A stretch of 64,000 bases of DNA, taken from the NCBI RefSeq assembly GCF_006345805.1, contig NC_043018.1, forward strand, positions 10,602,001 through 10,666,000, read 5' to 3'. This DNA comes from Octopus sinensis. Taxonomy: Eukaryota. A program made the position numbers and the translations under genes. The notes below the pieces were generated by a model, which was not told the origin of the DNA, did not search any database, and worked only from the letters and a program-made list of their open reading frames with translations. This document shows, piece after piece, positions 11,378-24,025 of this stretch (positions are counted from its first letter, which is position 1; every line of letters starts with the position of its first letter).

Positions 11378-11637
11378 TTTTTACTACCAGTGGCCTAGCG
11401 TACAAGAAAATTAGTCAATAGACTATATATTATTCCTGGTCCAGGAATTAGATGGTAAATGTTTTTGTTTTTCATTCCCTTCGAGAATTTATCCTAATTA
11501 GTGGTTTGGACTTTAACTGTTCTTTCTAGCGTAATGGATTACTATGATGGAAGCCTCTTAATGTGTTGTATTTTATATGATTAATATATACTCTATTGAC
11601 TAATTTTCTTGTACGCTAGGCCACTGGTAGTAAAAAC
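11377..11637. repeat. 46-bp perfect inverted repeat around a PLE terminal-repeat fragment
   Basis: gtttttactaccagtggcctagcgtacaagaaaattagtcaataga (11377-11422) and its reverse complement (11592-11637); the interior matches 15301-15432. Confidence 0.85.
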
Positions 11638-11800
11638 ATCTATAATTTTTATTACCCTGATATCATTTATTATGTATAATGATTTCTGGTTGGTTCGTTC
11701 GAAGTTTTCACCGGCATCCTCTTGTTGCCGGCAAAAAAGACTGCACTTGCGCAGTGGATTAGAAAAAATTAAAACGTACAAGAAATGAGTTTGGCCTCGT

Positions 11801-14800
11801 TGTTAGTTAATTAGTTAGTTAGTTAGTTAATTTGGCTCAAAAGCAAATAGCAAGGCCATGTAGGGGGACATGGAGTTAAGTACAGGGTGGTGTTCATGTA
11901 AAGAGTTCAGGCCACTTGAGGTCCAGGGAGGCTTTGAACAAAGCGGTCGTCGGCATCTTCACCATCTCGTCTGGCAGCTTGTTCCACGGATCCGCAATCC
12001 GGACGGAGAAAGCTCCTCTCCTTCGATTGAGATGAAATCGTCGCAGGTAGAGCTTTTCGGAATGACCCCGCAGACGACGCTCCGGAGCAGGAGTGAAGAA
12101 CAGCTCTTTCGAGAGGTTACACTTCCCGCTTATGATGTTGTGGGCGAGAATGAGATCACCACGGCGGCGGCGTTTTTCAAGAGAATAAAGGTCGAGCGTC
12201 CTCAGCCTTTCTTCGTAGGACACATTTTTGAGACCATGAACCATGCGGGTAGCCAGCCTCTGGACTCTTTCGAGATGCTGTATGTCTTTGAGGAGATAAG
12301 GAGAAGAGGCTTGAATCCCATACTCCAATATGGGTCTCACCAGCGTGACATAGAGTGTAGGAATATGGCTGTTGTGAGCATTCCGAATGACCGTCGAATC
12401 AAAACAGAATTCCGCGCGCTTTGTTGGCAGCATGGACGCACTGGGCCGAAGGCGAAGGAAGAATCCACCAAGATACCCAGGTCCTTTACCTGATCGGTCC
12501 TCTCCAGCAGCAGACGACCCGGCTCGAAATCAAGTTGAGTTGCAGGAGTAGAGCCGACAGGCAGATGACAGCACTTTGACACATTCAGACACAGGTCCCA
12601 ATCGTTAGACCACTTCCAAATTTGGTGGAGGCATCGACGAAGATCCTCTATACTACTACCGCGAGGAGCGACCAGTTTGATATCGTCGGCAAATAGAAGG
12701 GTGTGTTGCGTGAGGTCGTCGGGCAAGTCATTTATGAAGACTAAGAACAACAAGGGCCCAAGCACTGAACCTTGAGGCACGCCACTGCTCGCACTGGAGA
12801 CGTCGGACCGCGAACCATTAACTTGAACTTGGAAGGAGCGATCTGAGAGGAAGGCACCAACCCATCGTACAATATCCGGATGGAAACTATATGCTTGAAG
12901 CTTGACAAGTAGTAGGCGGTGGTTTACCGAGTCAAAAGCTTTGGCAAAGTCCAATAAAACGATGTCAACAGCATCACTATCATCGAGGATGCGCGTCACC
13001 AATTCTTCCATTACTAGTAAGTTGGTCAAGCATGATCTCTTCGGTACGAAGCCGTGTTGGGAATCAGTGATCGAGGCTGTGTTTAGGAGGTGGAGCATCA
13101 TACTTTTCTTAAGGATGGTTTCGAACATCTTGCTGATTATTGATGTAAGGGAAACCGGTCGGTAGTTAAGCGGGTCTTCGCGGCTCCCTTTCTTGAAAAT
13201 TGTGCAGATTATCGCTGTTCTCCAGTCTGCAGGTATAACACCTGTCGCCAATGACATATTGAATAGTCGTGTTAAGGGCTCGCAGATGACCGGAGCCAAC
13301 GCTTTGATAACCCGTGGGTGTATGCCGTCAGGGCCGTGACCCTTGTTGACATCGAGGCCTTGAATAACACTTTTGACTTCGTCCCGCGTGATGACCAATC
13401 GAAGCATTGGAGGTACCGATCTATAAAATGAGGGGTTCACGACCATCATCTTGTTTGAAAATAGTTGAAAAAGCCTCGGCAAATAATTGACTCTGTTGAT
13501 AGGGTCCTCAATCGATAGCCTGTTGAGTCTACCAACGTTGCAATCTGGTTGTTCAAGCGGGAATTCCGCTGGACATGGGCAAAGAAGGTTTTTGGATTGC
13601 TACTGGCATTTGCCGCGATTTTGTATTCATAACTGAAGCGTTCTTTCTTTCTTTTCAATTTTCACGGCTCGGTCTCGTTGAGTTTTGTACACCTCAAAAG
13701 CTGCAGTCGAATCCAGATTTTTGAATTCAGCCCAAGTAATATCTCTGAGTCGACGTTCTCGTTTAACCTTCTTCGTCACCCAGGGCTTGTGTTTCTTCCT
13801 CTTGGGAAGCCCAACGGGAACTGCCTGGTCAGTCAAACAGATTACATATGCTTTGAGGATGACCATAGTTCGTCAACTGAGGACACGTCATCAGGGATCG
13901 CCAGTCCAGAAGCGCGGAAGCCTCGGTTAGAATTTCAAGATTAATTGCAGAGAAGACTCTACGTGGCAGCGAAGTAATCGTGGGCGTAGAAAAAGTTGTG
14001 TGCATGACGAACTTCAGGACCGCATGATCACTCTTGGCAAGAGGGGCGCACACAGATACGTCTGACACTGATCTTGGATAACGGGAGAATACCAGATCTA
14101 GCATAGATGGCTGCTGCCCAGACCGATGCCTTGTCGGATATTCAACATGTTGCGATAGAAAACAATCTTCAGCCACGTCAAGAGGGCCTGGCCGAACCGG
14201 GAAATGTTGTAGTACAAATTGATGCGGGCCAATCGATCGTGGGAGCGTTGAAGTCGCCTAGTACCAAGCAGTCATGCGAAGCTGAACGAATCTTATCGCT
14301 TCGAGTAGATGAGCATCGTCCTGGGGGTCGGCAAGAGGCGGCCTGTAGACAGCCAACACGGGCAGGCAAAACTCAGATAGGTTCAGCTTGCAATAGACGG
14401 CATCGAATTTTGTTGTAGGTTGAGCATTTGTGGGTAGAATACCGCAGGACGGTTTGTGCTCAGACTTAACATACACAGCAACACCTCCACCTCGCCTTTT
14501 TCCTCTGTCACATCTGAAAAGGACGTAGCCCTGCAGGTGGATTTCTGAGTCCTCTACTGCTGGAGTCAGCCAAGTCTCGGTGATAGCTATCACATCAGGG
14601 GAGTCACGTATGGCCAGTGTAAATAGTTCACTGAACTTTGGGAATAAGGAGCACGAGTTGGTGTAGACGATGCTGAGCTGTGAAGTCTGAGGGGCAGGAG
14701 TTGGGGAACAAGCAGAATAAAGGGCATCAGAGATAGCATCGTTGACGGGGGTATCAACTTCACTTCGATTTGCCCTCACATCACTTTCCCTGTCAGCACT

Positions 14801-15190
14801 ACAGCATGGGACCAGAGGTAGGACTTGATTATCTGTCCATCTTGGATTCGTAAACCCTTCTCTCCCATTTGTTTCCTCATCTTTAGTTCGGATATCAGGT
14901 TCCTCCGGCGAATTCTCTCTCTTAGTAAGTATTCCTCGCGAAAACCCATATTGGGGTCCTCCCAGGCATGCGTCTGAGCTCTGTTCAGAAAGACTGAAGC
15001 CTCCAGATCAGAAGAAAAGATTACCCTTATTGGGCGTGGTCTAGTATCTGCGGTTGGGTTCGCTTGGAATCTTCCTAGCCGAGCGACCTTAAGGACACTG
15101 ACATTTTCGTTCACAGAGAACAATTCTCCAACCAAAATGGAAACAAAATTAATGTCATCTTTTAGGCGGTTTATGCCTGTATCACAGGTG
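11801..15190 (-). mobile_element. CR1-clade LINE: ORF1 remnant, ORF2 (APE + RT), 3' UTR and (TAAC)n tail; frameshifted
   Basis: APE motifs IAITETWL, LGDFNAP, SDHAVL; RT motifs QHGFVP, LDFAKAFDSV, GVPQGSVLGPLLF, LFADDIKL; CR1-type C-terminus LYVTLVRPILEYG..LERVQRLATR..WNKLP; (ttag)n at 11801-11830. Confidence 0.92.
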
Positions 15191-15435
15191 GATTCAGCTT
15201 TGCCATATATGTTTGTATATTTAATCTAAGGCATCCCCGCTGATGAAGACTTAGCCTTAGTAAATAATAATTTTTATTTACTAAAATAAGTCAGAAACCA
15301 TGGTCCGGGAATTAGATGGTAAATGTTTTTGTTTTTCATTCCCTTCGAGAATTTATCCCTAATTAGTGGTTTGAACTTTAACTGTTCTTTCTAGCATAAT
15401 GGATTCCTATGATGGAAGCCTCTTAATGTGTTTTA
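15190..15435 (+). mobile_element. PLE terminal repeat (pLTR-like) containing the HHR
   Basis: Downstream part is repeated directly at 11437-11570; HHR present. Confidence 0.6.
15236..15309 (+). ncRNA. Type I hammerhead ribozyme with extended stem II
   Basis: CCCG-CUGAUGA-a-GACUUA..UUAGUAAA..UUUACUAA..UAAGUC-a-GAAA-CCAUGG-UC-CGGG. Confidence 0.8.
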
Positions 15436-15445
15436 ATGTACACTG

Positions 15446-15489
<44 letters not shown>

Positions 15490-16344
15490 ACACATATACA
15501 TAAGCACAAGCACATATATGTATATTATGATATTATTAAAATTATTTGTTGTCTGTCTTGACTTCATTCCGTTTGCTCCGTGCGCATGTGCAGAAGCTTA
15601 TTGACGATAGTTTGTCCGCATAATAAACAAACATAGAAGCAATATTTACATACTGAGATATATTTCTTATTCTGAACAGAAAGGGCTCCACGTTTTCATT
15701 TATTTAATATATCGACAGTATTTCTACGCTTAATAGAATTCACTAGAGTTACCCATCATACGACAAGTAGCTTTTTAAAAAGTGTGTCTTTACTACTATG
15801 CGCAACATTAGGAAAAATAATATAATTACAATTCAACTTTCATCAAATTTCTTGGTGTTTTTACAAAATGATGAAATTTATATTAATTTTCAAAAGAAAA
15901 TTATTTAATACCTTAAAATTAAATCACACAAGTTTTACATTTGTATACTCGCAATAAATATGTTATTATTTTTCAAGATTTGTCAGCATGATCGCTCTCC
16001 ATTCCCTGAATGACCGAACTCTGCTAAATTGCATTTAAAAAAGAATTGTCAGTTTTTTCAGAAAGTTAGAAGAATCAAAATAAATAGTGCTGTACCAAAC
16101 TGGAGAAGAGAAAAAAAGTGGGTCGAATTTCGATCAAAAGGGATTGTCGAGAAAAAATAAGGCCGATCAATACGGATCGTGTATCAAAGAAATGTCAATG
16201 GAAAAATGGAAAACAGATTAGGTTTATCCGTGGAAAGAAAAGCCTACGGAAAAGACCACGGTAACCTTGGGCAATAATGTCATGCAAAAAAACACATTAC
16301 AGAAAGTGACTCTCTTTTTTCCTTTCTTTTTTTTGGTTCATAGG

Positions 16345-17030
16345 ATTATGCTCAAGCTGGCTCCGTCATTCATCCTTGCTACATTCACCCATCTTTTTTT
16401 TTTAAGCATTCACTAGACAAAACTTCCCTCTGTACTCTCACCTTCCTCAAGTGATACTTGAAGAAGTTGATGAGAGATTGACCAGAGAGGAAAGTGTTTG
16501 TCTCTAGACCTGTCAGACGCGTCCGCCATACACATACTTTCGCCATAGTCACAAGTACGATGAAAAAGGCTCTTCCTTCCCGTTTCAAGGAAGGAGGCGC
16601 AACAATATTCACTCAGTTGATAAACCGAGTCATCGCACACCAGCCATCGATCGCATCAGCGACATAGGCCCAGAGGCCGGAATGAAATGAGTAGGACATG
16701 AACGAGAGTGCGAGCAGGATGGTTTCGTCGCTTTGACCGCATGTCGGGCAGGTCAGCCGCGTGTTTCTCGAGCCATGCCTGTAGAGCTTATCCCAAACGG
16801 GTAGCGCTTCGCGATAGTACTGCCAGGCCAGGGATCTCTGGAAGTTGTCCATAGGTCCCTGCCCGAAAGTCGTCTTGAACAGGCGGGTCAGTTATTCCTC
16901 GTCGACGCCCAGGAGATCGTTGTCGTATCTCCTCTCCTCTAATCTCCTATAGTATGCTTTGGTTGCGTTAAGGTCGCTCAAGGTCGACCCGGGACGGTAT
17001 AGTTGCTTGAGAGCAACCGATAGATAGATA
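16345..17030 (-). mobile_element. L1/Tx1-like LINE ORF2 3' end (zf-RVT region), decayed
   Basis: ..REALPVWDKLYRHG...CPTCGQSDETILLAL.. followed by an A-rich tail; homologous to 28420-28592. Confidence 0.8.
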
Positions 17031-17047
17031 GATAGATAGATAGATAG

Positions 17048-17105
<58 letters not shown>
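17030..17105. repeat. (GATA)n
   Basis: Directly visible. Confidence 0.95.
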
Positions 17106-17106
<1 letters not shown>

Positions 17107-17124
17107 CGTGTGTACGTGGGAGGC

Positions 17125-17515
17125 GACGAGCTGGTAAAATCGTTACCACACCGGGAAAATGCTTAGCGGCATTTCGTCCGTCTTTACGTTCTGAATTCAA
17201 TCAAATACCGTCGCGGTTGACTTTGCCTTTCATCCCTAAGGGGTCGATAAAATAAGTACCAGTTGAGTACCGGGGTCGATGTTATCGACTTATTCCTTCT
17301 CCTAAGATTGCTGGCCAGATTAAGAAAAGATTGCTTATAGCTTTATGCGCTTCGGGATCCTCTGTTCTAAAATAGAATTATTTTAAAATTCAAATGCCAC
17401 CGAGTCGACTTTGCTTTTCGTCTTTTCGAGGTCGATAAAATAAAGCGTCAACTGGAGTCGATGTGATCGACTTAGTCTCATCCCTGAAATTGCTGGCCCT
17501 GTGTCAAAATTGGAA
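17125..17515 (+). mobile_element. Two degenerate SINE family B copies
   Basis: gactttgccttt(c)atcc..gggtcgataaaataagtaccag motif at about 17220 and, more diverged, about 17408. Confidence 0.75.
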
Positions 17516-17979
17516 AGCGATGTGTGTGTATGTGTGTGTGTGTAACTGCTCTTAACTAAGAAACAGTGTACAGGCATCCGATGGTGCAACAGCGGCAGAA
17601 CCAGAAAGAAACAACAGTGGAAGCCCAACAACAATCAACATCTACGGGAAATCTACGGGAAATAAATAATAGATATATTATAAAGTTTGACAATTTAGAG
17701 ACATCAGATATAAAAATAGACACTGAAACAACACAATGTGTTTAAGAAGATATCTTTAGCGACACCAGATAGAAAAAAAATCTCTCTCAGTCTTTTTGCT
17801 AACAGGAAAGGGGAGATAAAACCAACCAATTCGATCTTGTTCCTCGGCCCCCAAAAAAGATCCTTGGGTAAAACTTCTCCATCGAGATGGCAGAGTCGTC
17901 AGAGTGTCGGACAGGATGTCTTCTGTATTCTTGAGTTCAAATCCTACCAAACTTTTCGTCTCATGCTCGATTCTTCATA

Positions 17980-18292
17980 TCTCTCTCTCCCTTGCTCTCT
18001 CTCCCTCTCTCTCTCCCCCTCTCTCTCTCTCTCTCTATCTATCTCTATCTATCTCTATCTATCTGTCTATCACTCACCTCGTTCTGTCTCTCTCCCTCTC
18101 TATATATATATATATTTCCCCCTCTCTCTCTCTCTCCTCTCTCTCTCCTCTCTCTCTGTCTGTCTCTCCTCTCTCTCTGTCTGTCTCTCCTCTCTCTCTC
18201 TCTCTGTCTCTCCTCTCTCTGTCTCTCTCCTCTCTCTGTCTCCCCCCCCTCTGTCTCTCTCCCCTCTCTGTCTCTCTTCTCTCTCTGTCTCT
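17980..18292. repeat. (CT)/(CTGT)-rich array
   Basis: Directly visible. Confidence 0.9.
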
Positions 18293-18559
18293 AAAAAGAA
18301 GTAAAAGAAATAGGGTGTGATTAGGACCTGGAGAGAAATTGATACCCTCGGCTTAAATCACTACAAGATCCCCGCAAATCCATCAGAAGATAAGAAGAGC
18401 CCAACGAATCTTTTGTCAAACCCTCATTACATCAGAGATGTTCCAACAGCGACCACAACACTTCTCCTCCCCAACACCATGCTACACTTAACAATTCATT
18501 ATCCAACATGTCTTTCCATCCTTCCTTTCTTCCTTAAGACAGTACTGTGAAATTTGACT

Positions 18560-20572
18560 ACTGTTTCTTGCAGGCCGATTGACCAGGTTTAAGGCTCCTT
18601 ATTTGTTGGTGTTGTTTTCGTTACTATCATTGTTTTTGTAGACCTTAGCGCTGGGAATAAACCAGGGGTCTGCAAAGTGGTCAATATTGAGCCCTTGGGG
18701 TGGCGAGTCTCTGTGGCCATCCAAGTTGAATGTAGTCGGCTCATCCCCACCTCTCTCAAGTTGCGCCCTTCTGGAAAAACTTGAGATCACCATTAGAGTA
18801 GAATCGATTAGACATTAGCGGTAGAGGGAGATTTAGTTAGAAAGTTTGATGAGACGCTTGGGACAGGCATCGCAACCAACGTGTGGGCGGCGAGGTTGGC
18901 CCTCGACCAATTTTCGACGCCAAGCACGAAGGCTGTGTTGTCAGGGCTCAGGCACGTTCACTAAGCGTGGAGAGGACTAAGGCCGCTCGATGGGTCCACG
19001 TGGTAAAGCCGAAACGTGACAATAAAGCAACAATTCGGTCTTTGGGGGACCAGAACGGGCGCGAGATATTTGAAGTACAGGAAGCGATGAAAAGCTGCAC
19101 AAGAGGCAAATCACCGGGTTTTGATTGTCTGCGCTACGAACTTTTTTATAGTTCATAGTTCAATGCCAGACTTGTTTGCGGGCCTCTTAGCAGACGTCTA
19201 CTGCAACGGACAACAAAATGGGTGAATCCCCATTTTTGTTTGTCGAGGGGTGGTGGCACTGCTGAGAAAGGACCCAAATAAGTGGGATGTTATAGAAAAT
19301 TTTCGTCCATCACTCTGCTCAATGCAGTGTTGAAGATTTTGGCCAAGGTGTTAAAGCCAAGCTGTTGGCGCTTGTCTTAGACAAGCTGATTGGCGAGGCA
19401 CAAACCTATTTCTTTACTGCCCACAAGGGGCTATATACACAGAGAGGACAAACAAGGACAGACAAAGGGATTAAGACGATTATCGACCCCAGTGCGTAAC
19501 TGGTACTTAATTTATCGACCCCGAAAGGATGAAAGGCAAAGTCGACCTCGGCGGAATTTGAACTCAGAACGTAACGGCAGGCGAAATACGGCTACGCATT
19601 TCGCCCGGCGTGCTAACGTTTCTGCGCCATCCCAACCAGAACTATTCACGACAACTTCCACCTCACGTGCCACATCGTAGAGAGGGTGGGTAACGAAGCT
19701 GGCATGGGTGGGGCTTCGATCAATTTAGATCAATCAAAAACCTTCGATAGGGTCGACCACCGATACTTGGCAACGGTTTCGGTCCGGTCTTCCGTGGTTG
19801 GATCGCTGCTTTGTACAGCGGCATCTGCTCGTTGTTCGAGTGAATGGTCACCTTCTAGAACCATCAAGCATCTTGCACTCAGTCCGTCAAGAGTGCCCTC
19901 TCTCCTTCCTTCTGTATGTATTAACTCTTTAGCCACTGCTGCGGAAGTTGGAGGCGTTGAGGGGGTGTCCCGCGTGATCTAGGGCGTGGGAGCAGCATAT
20001 CTGCTCACGCCGATGATGTCATCGTGATAGTGTCGAGCAAGAAGCATGTTATACTTGACTGGCGACAAGAATTTGAAGCGGTAACAGGAGCAAAAACTAA
20101 CGCGGGAAAGTCAGTGGGCTTGCAACTGGGCACCTGGAGAGACAAGTCCATGCCGTCCAACAGCGTCGTAAGGCGCTGAAGAGACGGTCCGGTTAAACTG
20201 CTTCGGGTCTGGTTCGGTCCGGACTCCCGGTGGAGAAAAACTGGGACGAGGTGACCAGCATGGTGGCCAATCTCACCCAGAAATGGGCCCAGAGGAAGCT
20301 GTCCTTGAAAGGTTGAGCGGAGGTGGTGAATGCGTACATTACATCTGTTATCTATTTCCACTTGACCGTCGTCCCTTGCTGGTTGACCAAGCTGGTGCGC
20401 TTATTATTCCGCTTTCTGTGGAAGGAGCGCGTTCCACTTGTCAGGTGCTCCATCTGCTGTCAACAGCTGCTGGGCATGCCGTGGTTGCTGATGCGCAGAT
20501 ATGCGCTCAAGCTATGGCATCTCCAGCGTTTCCTGGACGGTGAACTGGTGAGATCACCGTTTGTCTATGTTT
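18560..20572 (+). mobile_element. L1/Tx1-like LINE ORF2 (RT) pseudogene, interrupted by a SINE
   Basis: KSPGFD..YELFY, FRPITLLN..KILAKV, LDQSKTFDRVDH, ADDV, KSVGLQLGTW..W.GP, RKLSLKG motifs across frameshifts. Confidence 0.85.
19405..19630 (-). mobile_element. SINE family B inserted in the Tx1 RT
   Basis: Reverse complement of gttagcacgccgggcgaaatgcg..ttctgagttcaaattccgccgaggtcgactttgcc..aaagaaata. Confidence 0.9.
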
Positions 20573-20577
20573 AGAAA

Positions 20578-20748
20578 CAGGTATTTCGCCGTCGCTACGT
20601 TCTGAGTTTAAATTCCGCCGAAGTCGACTTTGTCTTTCATCCTTTCGAGGTCAATAAAATAAGTACCAGTTACACACTGGAGTCCTTGTAATCGAACTGC
20701 CCTCCTTCCCTCACCAAATTGCTGGCCTTAAGCCAAAACTTCAAACCA
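20578..20748 (+). mobile_element. SINE family B, 5'-truncated
   Basis: ggtatttcg..gttctgagtttaaattccgccgaagtcgacttt. Confidence 0.8.
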
Positions 20749-20861
20749 ATATAATACCGGTGAATTATTTTTTATCAGTTTCGTTAAGTATTTTCATTAA
20801 ATTTCTTGAAATATTTCCAATAAAAAAAAAAAGTAATGACACAAAAGAACGAGAGTATCAT

Positions 20862-21134
20862 CTTTTATCCTTTACTCGTTTCAGCCATTGGACTACGGCC
20901 ATGCTGGGGCATCGCCTTGAAAGATTTTAGTCGAACGAATCGACCCCAGAACTTTTTTAAAAGCCTGGTACTTATTCTATCGGTCACTTTGGCCGAACCG
21001 ATAGGTTACGGGGACGTAAATATACCAACATCGGTTGTCAATCAGTGACGGGGGGGGGTAAGCAAAAACAAACACACGCAATACACACACACAAGCACAC
21101 ACACACACTCACACACACACACACACATACACAC

Positions 21135-21168
<34 letters not shown>

Positions 21169-21372
21169 TGTTTATGTTTATGTTTTCCAGTTTCAGCTCT
21201 TGAGTTGTGGCCATGCTGGGGCACCGCCATTTGCTGGGGCACCGCCATTTGCTGGGGCACCGCCATTTGCTGGGGCACCGCCATTATATATATATGACGG
21301 GCTTCTTTCAGTTTCCGTCTATAAAATCCACTCACAAGGTTTTGGTTAGCCCGAGGCAATAGTAGAAGACAC
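20862..21372 (-). mobile_element. Rearranged SINE family A with an internal 4x18-bp tandem
   Basis: Family A segments; tgctggggcaccgccatt x4 at 21214-21285. Confidence 0.75.
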
Positions 21373-21479
21373 TATGTATGTATGTATGTATGTATGTATG
21401 TATGTATGTATGTATGTATGTATGTATGTATGTATGCATGTATGTATGTATGTATGTATGTATGTGTGTATATATATAT

Positions 21480-21760
21480 TAATAGTTATCGCCATACTAA
21501 TATGGCAGTCTATAAATATAAGACTAAAGCTGTCGCTGATTAGCTCCAATAGGCCATCGCCTCTAGCTAGCTATATGACACACGAACCTGCGTACATTAC
21601 AACCTTCGAACAGGGGAGGTCAGCCGCTTCATCTTGTTAGTCAGACATCTGCAGACATGTTTCAGGGTTGTTGCCCTTTATCAATGCAGCGTAGTCAGAA
21701 CCAGAAGGTGTCGCTACTGACCGTCTGTTCGAAGATTTTATTTACCTAGTTACAGTATAT
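21480..21760 (-). mobile_element. ~280-bp retrozyme/PLE-like element with a U3:A8 hammerhead (21649-21689)
   Basis: CUGCA-UUGAUAA-AGGG caacaa CCCU-GAAA-CAUG-UC-UGCAG; unique-looking block flanked by microsatellites. Confidence 0.65.
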
Positions 21761-21799
21761 ATATACAAGTATATATATATATATAATATATATATTATA

Positions 21800-21870
<71 letters not shown>

Positions 21871-21897
21871 ATATACACCACACACACACCATACATA

Positions 21898-23466
21898 CAG
21901 TGTATGAGAGTAAATTGTCACTATTTTATATTTTTAATTTCGCGCATGCACATTGTTTATTTCTGATTTTGTCGAGTAGGGTCAGTTGGGCATCGTCTGT
22001 GAGAAAAACAGCACCATGACGCCAAAAATTTGGAAATGACATGAGGTTATTGGTTGGCATTCGCGCCGGAAGTTCCAGTATGAACATTTCAGAGTGTTTG
22101 GGTGTCAATCTGAAGACAGTTCAGAGGATTCAGAAAGAGTTGGATGAGTCTAATGGTGATTACGAAGGTACGGCAGCTCGGAAAACTCACTCTGATCGTT
22201 CTGATGAGAAAAGAACTCCTGAATTTCTTGGTGAGATCCAGGCCACGATTGACAACGATCCCTCCAAGTTAATCAGGTCCATCGCCAGGGACATGGGAGT
22301 GTTTGGGTTTCTTATCAGGCAGGTAGTGCATGAAGACATTCGGTATTCCTCATACAAGATGAGAAAGGGCCAATTTTTATCCCGAGCCATCAAAGAAAAG
22401 AGGCAAGACCGGGCTACGAAGCTTTTGAGCAAACTCAAGCATCACCTCCAACGGAACAGGCTTTGCTTTTTGTCAGACGAGAAAGATTTCTGCCAGGATC
22501 AAATAGTGAACACATAGAACAACTGTTGGCTTGCCGTGTCCCCAAAACATGTACCGAGAGTGATCAAAATCACACATCCAGTTAACATCATGGTGCTTGG
22601 AGTGATCACTAGTGATGGCGACATTATGCCTCCATTCATCTTCCCACACAGCCTCAGATTCAACATGGGGGCCTACATCAAGTGCCTGGATGAGGTAGTG
22701 CTACCCTGGGTCAAGAGAGTGGCTGCTGGAAGACCCTATGTCTGGCAACAGGACTCTGCACAATATCACACAAGCAGAACTCACTCATGGCTGTCAGGCA
22801 ATTTCTGCAACCACATCACCCCTAACATTTGGCCACCTAACTCCCTACACTGCAACCCCTTGATTATTATGTGTGGGGCGCAGTTGAGCGAGAGACCAAC
22901 AAAACTCCTTGTAACAACAAAGATGAACTGAAGGCAAGGATTATGACAGCATTCACCAGCTTAAACAAGGAGACCGTCCAGAAGAGTTGCAGGAGATTCC
23001 GAAGTCGTCTGGAGGCCGTGGTTGAAGCTAATGGCGATTTTATTGAATATATTTACTCTTTAGTATTTCAAGATATTTTTATGTAATTTTGGTAAATATA
23101 CCTGTTAAAATGAGATGTCAGCGTTATTTTCATTTTTGCGTAATTTAGACCAGTGCTTCTCAAACTAACCGATGTGCTAAACCGGCAGTGCTTTTTACCA
23201 ATGTGCCAGGGACCGGTAATGTTTCTTAGTAATATTAATTTATACCGGAAACAATATATATAATGAATATAATAAAAGTTGACAATTTTTTAATCTTATA
23301 TTTATTTTGTAAGCAAATAATACAATATTACATAAGCATTTTATAATGTTTCTTTTCTGGAAACTCGCCGCCTACCGGCAGCTGATGGCTCGCGGACCGG
23401 TACCATTCCACAGACTTCCACTTTAAGTAGCACTAATTTAGACGACAGATTATTCACCGCACTCTG
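21898..23466 (+). mobile_element. Tc1/mariner transposon relic, maT (DD37D)-like
   Basis: HTH region, F.SDEK, IMVLGVITSDG, WQQDSA..HTS..WPPNS..CNPL then frameshifted DYYMWGAV; degenerate TIRs tacagtgt../..actctgca. Confidence 0.85.
23151..23435. mobile_element. hAT (Charlie-like) MITE nested in the Tc1 end
   Basis: TIR cagtgcttctcaaa / tttaagtagcacta; 8-bp TSD ATTTAGAC at 23143-23150 and 23436-23443. Confidence 0.85.
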
Positions 23467-23529
23467 CACACACAAACGCACACACACACGCAACAGAGAG
23501 AAAACGTGAAAGATATTCACTGATATACA

Positions 23530-23862
23530 TATAAAAAGTCGTGGAAGGTCCAGATCCCTACTTCGGAACCGAAAGTTTTATCGTCCACCGAACTGGACGG
23601 CACTGCATAATACCAAAGATCCTGTATTCTTTATCTCGAATAAGGACCCAATACTGTATCAACTTGGGTTTCAAGGGTTCACAACAATAATTCAACATCC
23701 TGCTGAACAACCTCAGAGATTTGCGAGGTATAAACGAGGAGGTCTTCAAAGGGCTTCTGGGCAAAGTTCTATCTGAAGCATCAGACGAACCCATATCGCG
23801 ACAGGAGGCACAAAGAATAGGGGCTCCGTCCAAATCGCTACTTCACCCAATAAAAAAAAAAA
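23530..23862 (+). mobile_element. CR1/L2-type LINE 3' end with A tail
   Basis: RTGRHCIIPK..GFKGSQ.FNIL.NNLRDLRGINEEVFKGLL..VL...DEP; poly-A at about 23850. Confidence 0.6.
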
Positions 23863-23948
23863 CTGTACAGAAAGGAGATCCAAACATACTGAAAGGAGGT
23901 GCTCCAGTATGGTCCCAGCCTTTGACTGAAACCAGTAATGGATAAAAG

Positions 23949-24025
<77 letters not shown>

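Noticed and set aside
11870-12493. 207-aa plus-strand ORF (and 12902-13165)
   Set aside because: Antisense shadows of the CR1 ORF2.
21214-21285. 4x18-bp repeat
   Set aside because: Spacerless slippage duplication inside a SINE.
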